DNA from: the human T2T-CHM13v2.0 reference genome, Homo sapiens
Length of the DNA: 64,000 bases
Assembly (NCBI RefSeq): GCF_009914755.1
Contig: NC_060929.1
Strand: one strand, 5' to 3'
The notes beneath the pieces are model-generated. The model saw only the letters and a program-made list of their open reading frames with translations. It made no database searches and had not been told where the DNA came from. Position numbers and translations under genes: made by a program. This document shows positions 30,888 to 44,614 of this stretch, in pieces (positions within the stretch are counted from its first letter, which is position 1; each line of letters opens with the position of its first letter).

Positions 30888-32029
30888 CTGTGAGTGAATG
30901 AAGACAAAATGCGTTACACAGGGCAACAAATGCTGTCTGTTTTGCTTACCATGAGGGACTCATTCAGGTAATGGGATGGCAATGGAGCCTGACATTTCAA
31001 AGTTCAACACCAGCCAGCCTAACCTCACAGGCACTGCCTCTGAGACTTGGAGCCAATGCAAAGCTCTTTTTATTAAAGAGTTTCAGATGATGGTCATTTT
31101 CTGAATTCTCTTGTCTTTCACTCAAAGCAGCCACATCTTGAGTTTCTTTAGTAAGAACAAAGAAATGCCCAGAAGAGGCTGTTGGCACTTCCAGAGCCTC
31201 TGGTCAACCTGTCTGCTGTCATTCAGACAAGCACTAACTGCAGAAAGATCCCATAACTTTACTAAATGTAACAAAAAGTCTCAGAATGAGCAGAGATGCT
31301 AGGTATTTTGAAAAACAGAAACTGTGTAAGAGATAGTCCTTGCCCTCAATGAGCCTAAAACCAAGAACTTTTCCATGATAGAACCAATCAATATGCTCCA
31401 CTGTTGCAATTTAATCCATGTTCTTTCATCAGGGGGAAAAATAAACTGTTCTAACAAATTCCTTATTGTTCTCCACATAAGGCAACCAATTCTAATAATT
31501 TGATTTTGACTTAAAAACTTGGGTTGCTTTGAACCGCTGGACATCCAGGGCCTGGTCAGAGAAATAAAAAATAATTATAATGTGATTCAGATATATCTTA
31601 GAAGACAATTTTGTTGGGAAGAAAACTCCCCTTAAAGTCAAATACAAATTTTGTAACCTGCTGTTTTGGATTCTGTCTATCGCCATGCCATTCAATTATT
31701 GTTGCAGGGCAGATGCTGACTGATTATATGTAATCTTTCAGAGTACATTCTTCACCTACGTCCAGCCTAACCCTGCATGAAAATTGCTCAGTGTCTTCCA
31801 TTTTCTTCTTCTCTCCTGCATGCTTCTCACCACAGGTTCCATGTACTAAAATGGTTAACTGCTTTTGGGACTTACCTTTGGAAGACTTCAAGAAAACTCT
31901 TGGCACAACAGGAACAGGACTTCTCAGAATGTTTTAGTCAACCTCATCTGGTTGCCTCTATTTGTAAATTACCTAAATCTAGAGAGATCAGCCTAAGGCT
32001 TTCACTCCAACCAATACACACAACTAGTC

Positions 32030-33690
32030 TACCTACTTCTCAAACCTGTTCCTCCCCGATCTCTCCCATCTCCATGAATGGCACCCCTATCCACCCAGTT
32101 ACTCAGGTGAGCTCTGAGGCAACCTTCTATGCCTTTGTCTGACATACTAAATCCAATTCATCTTGTGACCACAACCTCCAAAACTTATCCTCAAACTGAC
32201 CTCTTATTACCATCTCTACTGACACCATCCTGCTCTAAACCATCATCATCTCTCAACTGGACCACTGTAACAATCTCCTGCCTCTACTCTCCACGCGGTC
32301 ACCAAAGTGGGCCTCCTAAAAGCGCAAATCAGAACAAGTTATTTTCCTAGTTCAAACTGTCTAATGGCTTCCCATCAACATTCATATAAAGTCCCAACTC
32401 CTTACCAGAGCCTGTAAAACTCTGCATGATCAAGACTGATGTGCTCAGTTCAGGCTGCACCATGTCCCTGGGGAGCTTTTATAAACTACGGATGCCCAGG
32501 CCCCACCCCAGACCAATTAAATCACAATCTCTGGGGGTTGGGCTTGCACAATGGCAACTTTAGGTTCCTCAGGTAATTCTAACGTGCAGTCAGAGTGAGA
32601 ACCACTGATCTGATCTTGCCTCACCCATCCACCTTCCCCTGTTCACTATGCCCCATTCACACTCCTTCCCCTCATTCACTATGCCCCATTCACACTCCTT
32701 CCCCTCATTCACTATGCCCCATTCACACTCCTTCCCCTCATTCACTATGCCCCATTCACACTCCTTCCCCTCATTCACTATGCCCCATTCACACTCCTTC
32801 CCCTCATTCACTATGCCCCATTCACACTCCTTCCCCTCATTCACTATGCCCCATTCACACTCCTTCCCCTCATTCACTATGCCCCATTCACACTCCTTCC
32901 CCTCATTCACTATGCCCCATTCACACTCCTTCCCCTCATTCACTATGCCCCATTCACACTCCTTCCCCTCATTCACTATGCTCCATTCACACTCCTGGCC
33001 TTCTTTTTTCCCCCTGGAATATGCCAAACTCCTGTCTGCTCCACAGGTTCCTTTCCTTTGCTGTTTCCTTTGTCTAGGCTGATTTTTTAAAATTTTAATT
33101 AAAAAAAAAATACAACCTTTTTAGAGACAGGGTCTTGCTCTGTTGCATAGGCTGGAGTACAATCCTGTGGAGTACAGGCAGGGGTACAATCCTAGCTCAC
33201 TAAAGCTTTAAACTCTTGGGTTCAACCTATCGTCCCACCTCAGCCTCCCAAGATGCTGGGACTACAGGTACACATGACCACAATCAGCTCATATTTTTAT
33301 TTTTGTGTAGACACAGGGTCTATGTTGCCTGTCTCAAACTTTTGGCCATAAGCAATCCTCCTGCCACAGGCTTCCAAAGTCCTGAGATAATTGACATGAG
33401 CCACCATGCCTGGCCAACCAAATTTCTACATATTGTTCAGCTCTCAGCTCAAATGCTATCTCCCCAACAAGCTCTTCCCTATCTAAAGCATGGAGTTTCA
33501 CCTCCTCCCTTACCCATTCCCTATCTTCTTATCCTATTTTTTTCATGGCAATTATCACTATCTGATCTGACTTACATGTTTGTTTTCTCTCCTCTACTAA
33601 ACGTAAGTTCCAGGAAAGAAGGGACTTTGATCTTCCTCATCATTTGTATCTCCAACAGAGAATAGGGTAGGCGGTCAAATATTATTTTTT
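32030..33690 (+). mobile_element. Fragmented L2 hosting a MER5 element (~32440-32607), the VNTR and an AluJ (~33116-33415, minus)
   Basis: L2-type segments aatggcacccctatccacccagt, tggcttcccat..aaagtcccaactccttacc and taagttccaggaaagaagggac. Confidence 0.65.
32632..32996. repeat. 33-bp minisatellite (VNTR), ~11 near-identical copies of cattcactatgccccattcacactccttcccct
   Basis: Read directly. The ORF track shows 10 exact [11 protein letters not shown] units. Confidence 0.97.
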
Positions 33691-33747
33691 AAATAGGCAA
33701 AGAGAAACACCACATCATCATTTATTTAATAGACAGGAAGGCTATAA

Positions 33748-34017
<270 letters not shown>

Positions 34018-34627
34018 GTGCTTTTGTTCCTTGTTGTGGACCTCGACCTGAGCTGCTAAGAACTAGGATGCTCATCACTGCAGAGGCCCTTTGGAGATGG
34101 AGGCAGGTGGACACCAACTGGAGGCAAAGGACCCAAGTGAGGAGAAGAACAACTCAGAGACCACACCAACCAGCCTCTGAATGACCACGTACCCTCTGGT
34201 GCAGGTCTCCTGGTATCCAGAGCTGGTGTGAATCCGCTGTCCTGAGTTATGTGCATTAAGTGCTCATGAGTGAGATATTCATGAAATATTCAGACATTCT
34301 GTGCTGACTTCCCTAGCGCAGGTCCACCTGATGCAATAATGACAATGGACATGTCTGCTGAGGGGCTCTCACAGCAGAGCCGGAGTGGTGGCAACAGGCT
34401 GCTTCCTGAGGGTGCTGGGTTACAGGGAGCAGGAAGAGGGGCTAGGCATGTGACTAGTATTTCCTTCTCATACTTAAATTGGGCAGTTGCCGAGCCCTGA
34501 CTCAGGCCAGAGCAGAGTGCAAAGATGAATAAGAGACTGACCTTAACTGTGAGAGACCCCCAGAAGTACAAGGCCACTGCCCCACCTCTCTGCTGCCCAC
34601 CACTACTGTAAGGAAAGTAACCATAGA

Positions 34628-35296
<669 letters not shown>

Positions 35297-35689
35297 TTAC
35301 ACTGATGCACAGACTCTGAAGAATATCTACCCTTCAAACCAATGAGGGCTACACATACTTTCTTTGGTCATAGGAAGCTGAATGTATAAAAACACAGGTG
35401 AGGTGATGAACCCCACAAACTCCAGTTTGTGCTGCAGAACTCTGCACTGTGGCTTCACACAGGCCCATCAGTGACCAGTTGGCACTTGACTGTCCATTGC
35501 TATTTTTCCCTGTTTGGAGCCTCACAGGAGGACGAGGAGACTGGGCCGCCTGGAGCAGGTATTCTGTGTCCCCTCTCAAGGTACTACGTCAAGGTACCAA
35601 GCACTTATCACCACTCACCGCCAGCATCCACATGGCTCCAGACAGAACTGTCTTTCAGAGTCTGTGGCATAAGGTGCCACAGTAGGTCC

Positions 35690-36232
35690 TAAGTATAGGA
35701 GTAGAGTTGCTGGATCATATGGTAATTCTATGTTTAACAAAAACAATGAAAAGCAGTGACTCAAATAATTGTACCCCGATGTTCATAGCAGCATTATTCA
35801 CAGTAGCCAAAAGGTGGAAGTAGCCCAGGGGTATACTGACAGATGAAGGAACAAAATGTGGTCTCTGAATACAATGTAATGTTATTCAGCCTTAAAAAAG
35901 AAATAAAATTCTTTTACATGCTACAACATGAACCCTGAAAACATTATACTAATTAGAATAAATCAGACACAACATGACAAATATTTCCACTAATACAAGG
36001 TATCTAGAAGACGCAAATGCAGAGACAGGAGATAAAGTTTACCGGGGTGGGGGTGATGCGAGAATAGGGAGTTATTGCTTAACGGGTACAGAGTTTATGT
36101 TGGCATGAAAATGTCCTGGAAATGGGTGGTGGTGATGGTCACACTAACTCTGTGAATGCCACTGAACTGTACACTTAGAAATGATTACCATGGTAAATTT
36201 CATGTTTGTTACCACAATAAATATAATAAATG
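35690..36232 (+). mobile_element. Old L1M 3' end with a short inverted 5' piece (~35690-35738)
   Basis: gttcatagcagcattattcacagtagccaaaaggtgg..gggtacagagttt. The piece gttgctggatcatatggtaattctatgtttaac is reverse L1 sequence. Confidence 0.7.
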
Positions 36233-36549
36233 TATATCAGTGAGTAAAATGAGGAGATATAAGCAAATAGGCTGATATGAAACAGAAAACGGTAACCTTC
36301 AAGAATGGCAGCACATTCAGAAAGGATTTGAAGTATTGTAATTTAATTAAAAAAAATTTTCCCCTGTGGGTTGGAGAGCAAGAGAAGGAAGAAAGAGATA
36401 TGGGAAGTCTAAGGACAAGGGGGAGTAATGTACTCTTTAGAAAAACCCTGGCCCCCACTGCCATGCAACTCCATGAAGGGCAGCTGAGGCAGGCCCACTG
36501 GCTTTCTCCCTCAGCCTCTGCTGTACTTTATTTTTTTATTTTAAAAATC

Positions 36550-36672
36550 TTTTTTTTTTCTCCAGAGACAGGATCTCATTACATTGCCCAGGCTAGGAAC
36601 GAACTCCTGGGCTCAATCAATCCGCCCACCTCAGCTCCCCAAGTAGCTGGGGTTACAGGCGTGAGCTACCTG
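36550..36672 (-). mobile_element. FLAM/Alu monomer
   Basis: agagacaggatctca..gaactcctgggctcaa..acaggcgtgagc. Confidence 0.8.
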
Positions 36673-37726
36673 TGCTGTGCTTTATGCATCAAAGGAAACT
36701 GTTCTACATCCAGGAGACAGAGAGGAGGCCTTTGGTAGCAAATACACATTCCTTTAAGTTTATCTGTACTGTGCCCCTTTCTAAAGAAGAATTTGAGGTT
36801 GCTTATCACAAGCAGCCACAAATAAGGGGAAAACACGGTGACTGGATCAGGGAAAGGCTGGGAGCAAACGGAGGCTGACACAGCAGAGGGCTGACTCCTC
36901 CAGCTAGCCTTGAGCATCCTGGCATCCTCAGCAAATATGAATTATCTCCTGACAGAAAGGAGGAAGCATTCCGGTTTCACAAGGGAGACAAGGTGTTTTT
37001 GGCAACAGACGCTAGAAGGATTTAGGTACACGGTACTTCATACGTGGTGTGAAGTGATGTGATGCCAGTCTCCTCAGCCAGTTTCACACATATGTGGATT
37101 TCATATGGTTTCTTCTTATGTTAACCTTCAGTTAAAATTAAAGTTGTAGACCATTTAAAGCACAAGGTAAAGGGAACTCTGGGGAGTGCTAAGTTCACGT
37201 AATCTTGGCACTCAGTCTTCAAAGCTGTCTGATAAGACTGAACAGGACCCAGAAGACTGGATGGAATGGACCTCTCCCTTTGGCCAGCAGATGCAAACCA
37301 GCCACCTGCAGCCAAAGATGTGCTTGCATATGGGATAGGGCTATGGTGTCTGGCATGGCCTTTTTTTTATTTTTAAAACAGTTTTTGAGTTAACTGTCAA
37401 CATTTTAAAAATTGTTAAAATTTATGGCTATCCTTGTAAAATGAGAAGATCTGGCAATGCGGGGCCCAGCTTCTCAACCACAGCCATGTGCAGAGGGGCC
37501 AGCCGCAGACCCCAGGACTCAGCACGCCCAACCCACAGTGCTCCTCTGCTCTGCCCGCCTCCACCCAAGTCCATGGCTCCTCCTGCCCTTTTCCTCTTTT
37601 CTAAATGCAATTTTCCTCAGTTGGCCTCCTGATAAGAGCTCAATAATACACAGCTCAGGTTATATTTTTCTAAGGAGAACCAGAGCCTTAGGTTTTTATG
37701 TTGCTGTTTGGGGAAAGATCCACATA

Positions 37727-38332
37727 TGGCAGGTCCTCAAATAACATTTTGTTCAACATCGTCTCATTATAACATAGACGAGGAGGGAAACAGGTATTCC
37801 CAGCTGGGGCCACTGTCTGTGTGGAGTTTGTACATTGTCCCCTCCCCATGGCTGTGTGGTTTATCTTTGGGTATTCCAGTTTCCCCTACACCCCAAAGCT
37901 CAGCACGTTAGGTTCATTGGTGTATCTAAACAGTCCCAGTCAGAGAGAGACAGAGACAGAGACAATGAATGTGTGTGCCCTGCGATGGGATGGCACCTGG
38001 CCAGGGTGGGTTCCCATCCAGCACCCTGAGCTCCTGGGATAGGCCTCAGCTACCTGCGACACTGACCTGGAATAAGGGGTTAAATAATTATCTCCCTTAT
38101 TTTTATTAATCTGCCTTAAATGTACATATAGTTCAAGTTTATTCCCACATTTAATATTAGAAGTGCTTTGGGTCTCTATTTAGAAATTCACTAACGTTTC
38201 AGTGACCACAAATACACTACAGGAACTTAACTCTTCATTATATCAATTAACCATAAAACTGGTATCGTTACACGTCATTTCATTTAAAGTTGCATTTTCC
38301 AGGAACCTATCAACGACGTTGAGGACTTACTA
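37727..38332 (+). mobile_element. MER6A-like TcMar-Tigger non-autonomous element (~606 bp)
   Basis: TA-flanked TIRs (gcaggtcctcaaataac / gttgaggacttac) and the internal ggggccactgtctgtgtggagtttg...ccagtttccc motif. Confidence 0.75.
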
Positions 38333-38802
38333 TACTTTGGAAATCTGGAAAGGAGGTAAGAGGACATTCATGGCTGTGAAAACTAAGAATCCTAATGAGC
38401 CTTCTGGCTTAGTTAAACACACACCAGTGGACAAAGCTGGTTTTCTTCTTTCTTACTCAGGATCAGCTATGCCTATGCCCAGAGCTGACACCATTAACTA
38501 CGGCAGAGTTGGTTCATTTTGAATCAGGTGTTAAAAGTTGCTTTTTTAAACAAACAAGCCCTGTAAAAATCCTAACTCAAATAAAGGGCAGCTCCAACAG
38601 GTGAGATGTTACAAACATCTCCCCTGGTCCACCTGATTCCAACCAAGCAGTCCCCTCTTTACCAGAATGACTTTGCTCCAAAGTATGGTCCCAGCTTCCA
38701 AAAGCACGTGTTCCTGGGGATCGGTACTTGCTTCACACTAGTGGTTAGGTATTTGCCTAGTTTGGAAGCCTTCCATGCTGGGTCTTTATTAAGCTTTGCC
38801 TT

Positions 38803-39183
38803 TGATAGGGCTTGGGTTTGTGTCCCTACCCAAAAACCATCCTGAATTGTAATCGCCAATGTTGGAGGAGGGGCTTGTTGGGAGGTGACTGGATCATGGG
38901 GGCAGACTTCTCCCATGTTGTTCTCATGATAGTGAGTTCTCATGAGACCTGGTTGTTTAAAAGTGTGTAGCACCTCCCCTTTCTCTCTTTTTCCTCCTTC
39001 TCTGGCCATGTAAGATGTGCTTGCTTCCCCTTCACCTTCTGCCGTAATTGTAAGTTTCCTGAGGCCTCCCCAGTCATGCTTCCGGTACAGCCTGTGGAAC
39101 TGTGAATCAATTAAACCTCTTTTTTAAATAAATTACCCAATCTCAGGTAGTTCTTTATAGCAGTGTGAAAACGGACTAATACA
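38803..39183 (+). mobile_element. MST-type MaLR solo LTR
   Basis: TGATA...CTAATACA termini, perfect 5-bp TSD gcctt. Confidence 0.9.
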
Positions 39184-40139
39184 GCCTTGAAATCTCATTT
39201 TCCAGGAAGCCTTCCCAGCCCTTTGGCACTCAGCCCTAAAAGTTGATGATTTCATTCATTCAACAGTGTGTTTCCAGAGACTCACAGTGCTGGGCATGTC
39301 CCAGAGACTTACAGTGCTGGGCATGGAACATGTGCTCTACAAACACTGGATGAGATTAACATGTAAAATAAATGGAAGACTTTTTATAAGCCAACTTTTT
39401 AAAGTCCCAAGTTTTTGTTAATTTACTTGTTAATCCAGTGTCAAATTTAAAACCTATCAAATGACATTATCACAGCCTGCTAATAGGGCAGAAAGCTTTC
39501 AATTAAGATTCCCAAGGTAGAAAGCTGTCAGTGAAGTTAGAGACATAAGTCACAGAGAATTTTAGCCAGGCTAAGAAACAGAAGCAGCTGTAGGCCTGCT
39601 ACGATGTGGGCTATAGCAGGACTGGCCATTCACCATATCCCTGCCACCTTCTGAGGGCCAGCGCACACCACCCACCCTTCTTTTCTGACTGGGCACACAC
39701 CATGCCTGGTAAAGCAATTCAAAGTGGGAGAAAGACCTACAGATTCTTTCAGCCTCAACACAGACTTTCTGCAAAGGCAAGATGTTATATCCCAGGGATG
39801 TAATAGTTCAGATCTCGTTGTAGCTCTACGGCTGAAACCAGGAGGGCTGTTGCTTTCTTTTGAGCATTCCTCTGTACTCTGCATACAGCAAGGCCCTCTT
39901 TAATTCCATCGAGGAACAAACACAAACCGAACAAAGTAACATAGAAAATTAGAAAACAGAATAGTCAACTTTTAGGGTTGAACACCAAAGAGAAGACTGA
40001 AGGGTCTGGGAGGAAGGGAGAAAGAGTATCCACAGAGGTTACCCCTTGCTTTGTGTCCCATGTTGCCTCTGTCTACCTAAGACAAGAGGACTTATGAGAA
40101 CAATGTTGTGGTAGTTTAAAAACTCCTCAGTATCACCTA

Positions 40140-40810
40140 TAATGGACAAACTGACATTAGGAACCTCCCGCTGCAACATGGTAATGAGGACCATAACCCA
40201 CATATGTTCTTGCAAAAAAAAAAAAAAAAAAAAGCTAACCTCAAGTCTTGTAAGAAAACAATCAGATCATCAGATTGAGGGACATTCTATGATACCACTA
40301 ACCTGATAACACTAACCTGACGTCCTCAAAATGGCAATGTCACAAGAGACAAAACAGCAGGAGGGAGGATCTGTTCTAGATTAAAGGAGAGTCAAAAGAC
40401 ATGAAAACTAAATATAATGTGTGAGCCTTGACTGGATCTGGGACTAAACAAAAGCAACCAAAGACATTAATAGGACAATTGGGGAAATTTGAATATGGAT
40501 TGTGGACTGTCAATGCTTCATCAGTGGTAAAATTCTCAGGTGTGATGAAGGTACTGTGTTTATTATAGGAGAAGGTTCCTTCTTAAAAGGTTTACACATA
40601 TGCCTTTAGAGGGTGAAGCATCATGGCATCTGCAACTTTTAAATGGCTTAGAAAAAAACGTATACACAAACACAAATGGGAGCAAGAGAGAGAAAAAAAT
40701 CAAAATGTGGCAAAATGTTAACAATTGGTTGATTAAGATGAGTGGTTTATGGAGGTTTGTTTTACCTTTTCTGTAAGTTTGAAGATTTTTAAAATAAAAA
40801 GTTGAGAAAA
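40140..40810 (+). mobile_element. Old L1M (MC/ME) 3' end
   Basis: attgagggacattcta..gttctagattaaaggaga..gggacaattggggaaatttgaatatgg..ggcaaaatgttaacaattgg. Confidence 0.65.
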
Positions 40811-40985
40811 CACATACTTCAACATTCTAGGCAAGAAGGTCTCACAAGGTCTGGATATGCTGCAGTGGAGATTTAACACGGAGAGCGCAAGATGACTGAT
40901 TCTCAGTGCAGCCACCAGAACTGGAGAGCTCTCCTGTAAGTGTGTCTTCCACATCCAAATGATCACCAAGTACACAGGCACAAGT

Positions 40986-41854
40986 TGACAGGGACAGGAG
41001 GCAGAGAAATTCTAGGCAGAAAAGGGCAAGGTCCCTGGCGAAGTCCCACCCTGAAGCCTATAACCATGGCCCAAAGTGAGAACATGCAACCTTTTTTTCC
41101 CCACTGAAATGCTGCCTTTTCAAAAATCACCCATGGCCTACCCCGCCCCCCATCCTATACCCATAAAAACTCTGACCCCACTGGCAGAGAGCAGAGAAGG
41201 GAAGAAGAGGAGAAGCAGCTGGATGTCAGAGACTGTGGTTTGATGTCAGAGAGCAGCAGCTTGACTTCAGAGCGATGGCTTGACACCGTTGCTTCGGAGA
41301 GGAGTCTGGCTGGGGACAGCCAGAATCCAGGGTAAGATTACCTTCCCGTTCCATCCCCCTTCTAGCTCCCCTTCCGGCTGAGAGCCACTTTTATTGGCAA
41401 TAAAATCCTCTGTATTCACCACCCTTCAATTCTTCATACGACCTGATTTTTCCTGGATGCCAAACAAGAGTTTGGGTGCCATGGGCGCAGATGCTAAAGG
41501 GTGCCACACTGACCCTCTGCCTTCAGTGGTGGAGAGCAACTGCCTCACATGAAAAGGCAGAGGGCCCACTGAGCTGCTTAACACTTAAGCTGTCCACGAA
41601 CAGCAAAGCAAAAAGAGCACTGTAACACATGCCCTCTGGGGCTTTGGGGGTCACAGATCCTCCCCCCTGAGACGCTACTGTGGGGCCATCACGGAGTTTT
41701 GCTCCTGCTGGTGCTCAAAAGCACTTGTTCCAGCCCCTGCACACACTCACCTGTGTGCTCCTCCTCCCTTGAGGGGTTGAGAGCTGCAGCCTGAGTAAGC
41801 GAGGCACCCCTGTCACGAGGCCTGAGAAGGGGTCAAGAAAAATTTCCTATTTCA
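40986..41854 (+). mobile_element. ERV1 solo LTR (MER50/MER52/LTR27-28 group)
   Basis: TG...CA termini, 4-bp TSD aagt/aaat, TATA-like cccataaaaa at ~41161, AATAAA at ~41399. Confidence 0.8.
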
Positions 41855-44614
41855 AAATCAGGGTGGGTGACCTGAGAAGCGAAAGACGCCACCCCACCAC
41901 ATTCTGACTATAGATCTCTGTTTCTTTTCTCAAAGCAATCGAGGCTGCATTTTCAGGACTTCTATTTTAGTAAAATCTTACCAGCTGGGGATTTGTTTTC
42001 ATTTTCACTGTTGTCACTTTAGATTTCTGACACAATTTGTTTCTGTGAAACAACAAACTTGGTCATAAATATGAAGGGATAAGGAAGATAACCTAACATC
42101 AACTCCAGGGAGCTGTCCTCCAGGACTGCGAGCCTCTACTGACCTTGGTGCCCATCTAGGATCCCCTGCTCTGCTCTGTTACGCACCCCCACATAACTCC
42201 TAGCCATCCACCTCCAGCCTCGGTGGCAGAAAAGTTCCGTCAGTGGTTTCTGCCAGAACTTTTCTGCCAGAAAAGTTCTGTTTCACACATATGTGAAAAA
42301 AAGTTCAAATCTACGTATAATCATTTTACTTATTTGACTATTGATCACCTGAATTGGCACAGCTTTAAAATAAGAATGATACCCAGTTTTGAAGAGGATG
42401 AGAGGAAATCTTTGGGGTAGAGAAGGGACAGCAACTGACAATATACAAGAAAAGACTTAATCATTCAATACCTTTGAGAAGTAATCTTGAAGAAATAGTT
42501 ACAAGTATGTTTAGAGGATAAATTCCAACCCCTTCACTGTGCCTCCATGGCTCTCTGTCATCACTGACCACAGCCCAGCTCTCAGGCCTCACTTCTGCCC
42601 ACTCTCCCCCAGGCTCACTAACCTCCAGTCCAAATGGCCCTTTCTTAGTGCCTGGGTCACCTGCGGCAGCTCCAGATCCCCTTTAGATAGGCTGTCTCCT
42701 GCCCTTGACAGCAAACAGTGGATCCTCCATTAGCACTCATCCCAGGCCCTGTGACCCTCATGCTAACAGGAGTGAGAGGATTTCCACGCCACCAGGAGGA
42801 GGGGGAAGATGTGGTTCTGGCATCCATATGTGATCTGCAAAATATTTTCTCATAGCAGCAATGTTCACAATGATGGCTGGGGATGCGGTAACAACACTAG
42901 CAAGGTCCCGAAGTTATTTCCATGACAGATTACACAGGCTTTCCAAGGCTGGTTTCAGGAGCTAACACTCCTTTATTATAATGCTGGTTTTAAGAAAAAT
43001 TATGTCATGAATTTCAAATAACCAAAACCAAATCAACCTTAAAAGACATGGTCTATTTAGAAAATAAAGACTGTTTATGCTATTAATAGAAGAGAAGTTC
43101 ATGAATCCCAAGAATTGTGGGAGCTCATTTTGAGTAAATGCTGTAGATTAATGCCTTTCCATTTCCATCTTATACCCCAAGTATCTTTTGGGGACTGAAA
43201 AGTTATGGAACAGCAGAATTTGGGGAAAATATTCCAAAGTAACACAAACTGAAGTAGAACAATAACCTTTCCTGCTCTCAACCCTGGTTACTCTAAGGAA
43301 GATTCTGGAATGACTTCAGGGGGTTCTCCTCAGTCACTTAGCTCTGCTACCATTTGCAGACAGGTCTTATTTGACCAGGCTCAGATCCCTAGGAGGAAAC
43401 ACACAGTCACCCCAGAGAGTGCTCCAGTGAATCAATGTTCAAACTGTTAACTGGTTCTCAGGGATGATCCCTATTGTGACCCTCTCCAGAGAAATTAAGT
43501 TGCCCACATAAAGAAAAGAAAAAGGTAACAAAGGGCTTGGCCTGTTACATGAACTAGTTAGAGTACAACTTTCAGTCCGGTCTAACCCTTTCAGTCTGTG
43601 GACTAGAGGATCACTGACTATCTAGCCACCTCATTCCTAGCAAAAAGTGAGTATTCTCCAGACAGCTTGCCTTACCTGTGTAAACACATTTCTCCAGGTC
43701 TGCAAAAACTGTTTTTGGCAGAGGCAGGGCTGCCTTTCCCTGCCCCGACCCTCTCTCCTCACTCTGAGTGGCTGCTTGACACTTGTAAACATTTTTTCCT
43801 GAAGCCATTAAGCCTCATCAGCCAGTAAGCCAGGAAAATCTGGCTTTAGCATCAAACATATTTCACAGTCACAACCACACCAAAAAACCAGGTTTCATGT
43901 GGAAATTCTTCCTTGGTTGTCCTCCAAAACCTATTCATACAGAGGAAAAATCTAAGTGATCACACCAGAAAGCAAGGTATTCTATGCATAGGACACCTTG
44001 CGGGTATAAGAGTAGATTTCAACCCTAAGGGTATAAACCTCAACCCTCAGGGTATAATGGTTTGATATTTCAACCTTGAGGGTATAATAGTTTGATATTG
44101 CTAAATTCCAGAAAAATAAAAATTTCTCACCCAAAATCAGAAGAGATCTCAAAATAACAGAATGCTTCACTGGCTGTGCAAAGGCCCATACCATCAGGGA
44201 TTTTGTTTGTTTTGGAAACAGTTGCTCCAGAAAAGCACTGCTGTTGCGTTAACAGAGGTGGGGAAAATGGTCCACAGGAAAGGACAGCAAACATGCTGTA
44301 ACATGCAGGATGCAATGAGTCTGTGTGCACACATCTGTGCTCTGCTCTATTGCAATACCCAGAATCATTGGGTCCAAGAGTGTTGTTTCTATTTTAATAT
44401 GAAGGGCCGCAAAATCTGATTGCAAATGCTTCACTATTAAGCCAGGTGCTTGTGATCACACAGCTGCTCCCTAATTCCCCCATCAGCCCTAGAGACCTCA
44501 AAGGACTGCAGTAAGCAAATGACATCAACCACTGGCATGTCTTCCTGTTTAAACCGAGGAGTATCAAAGGAAAGCCATCTATAGAAACACAGGCGGCAAC
44601 AACAAAAACAACTT

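Noticed and set aside
32632-32996. CRISPR-like array
   Set aside because: Contiguous identical units without unique spacers, no cas genes, and a primate intron context.
32590-33082. Repetitive 144-160 aa ORFs on both strands ([22 protein letters not shown])
   Set aside because: Artefact of a 33-bp (3n) stop-poor VNTR unit, with no splice or promoter support.
39630-39884. 84-aa minus-strand ORF as an unannotated MCC exon
   Set aside because: No similarity to MCC or a known domain, and the flanking exons already join in frame without it.
43994-44100. CRISPR-like repeat-spacer pattern
   Set aside because: Repeats of ~16 nt, linkers of 4-13 nt that are related to each other, and no cas genes. 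Kept only as a repeat or motif-cluster finding.
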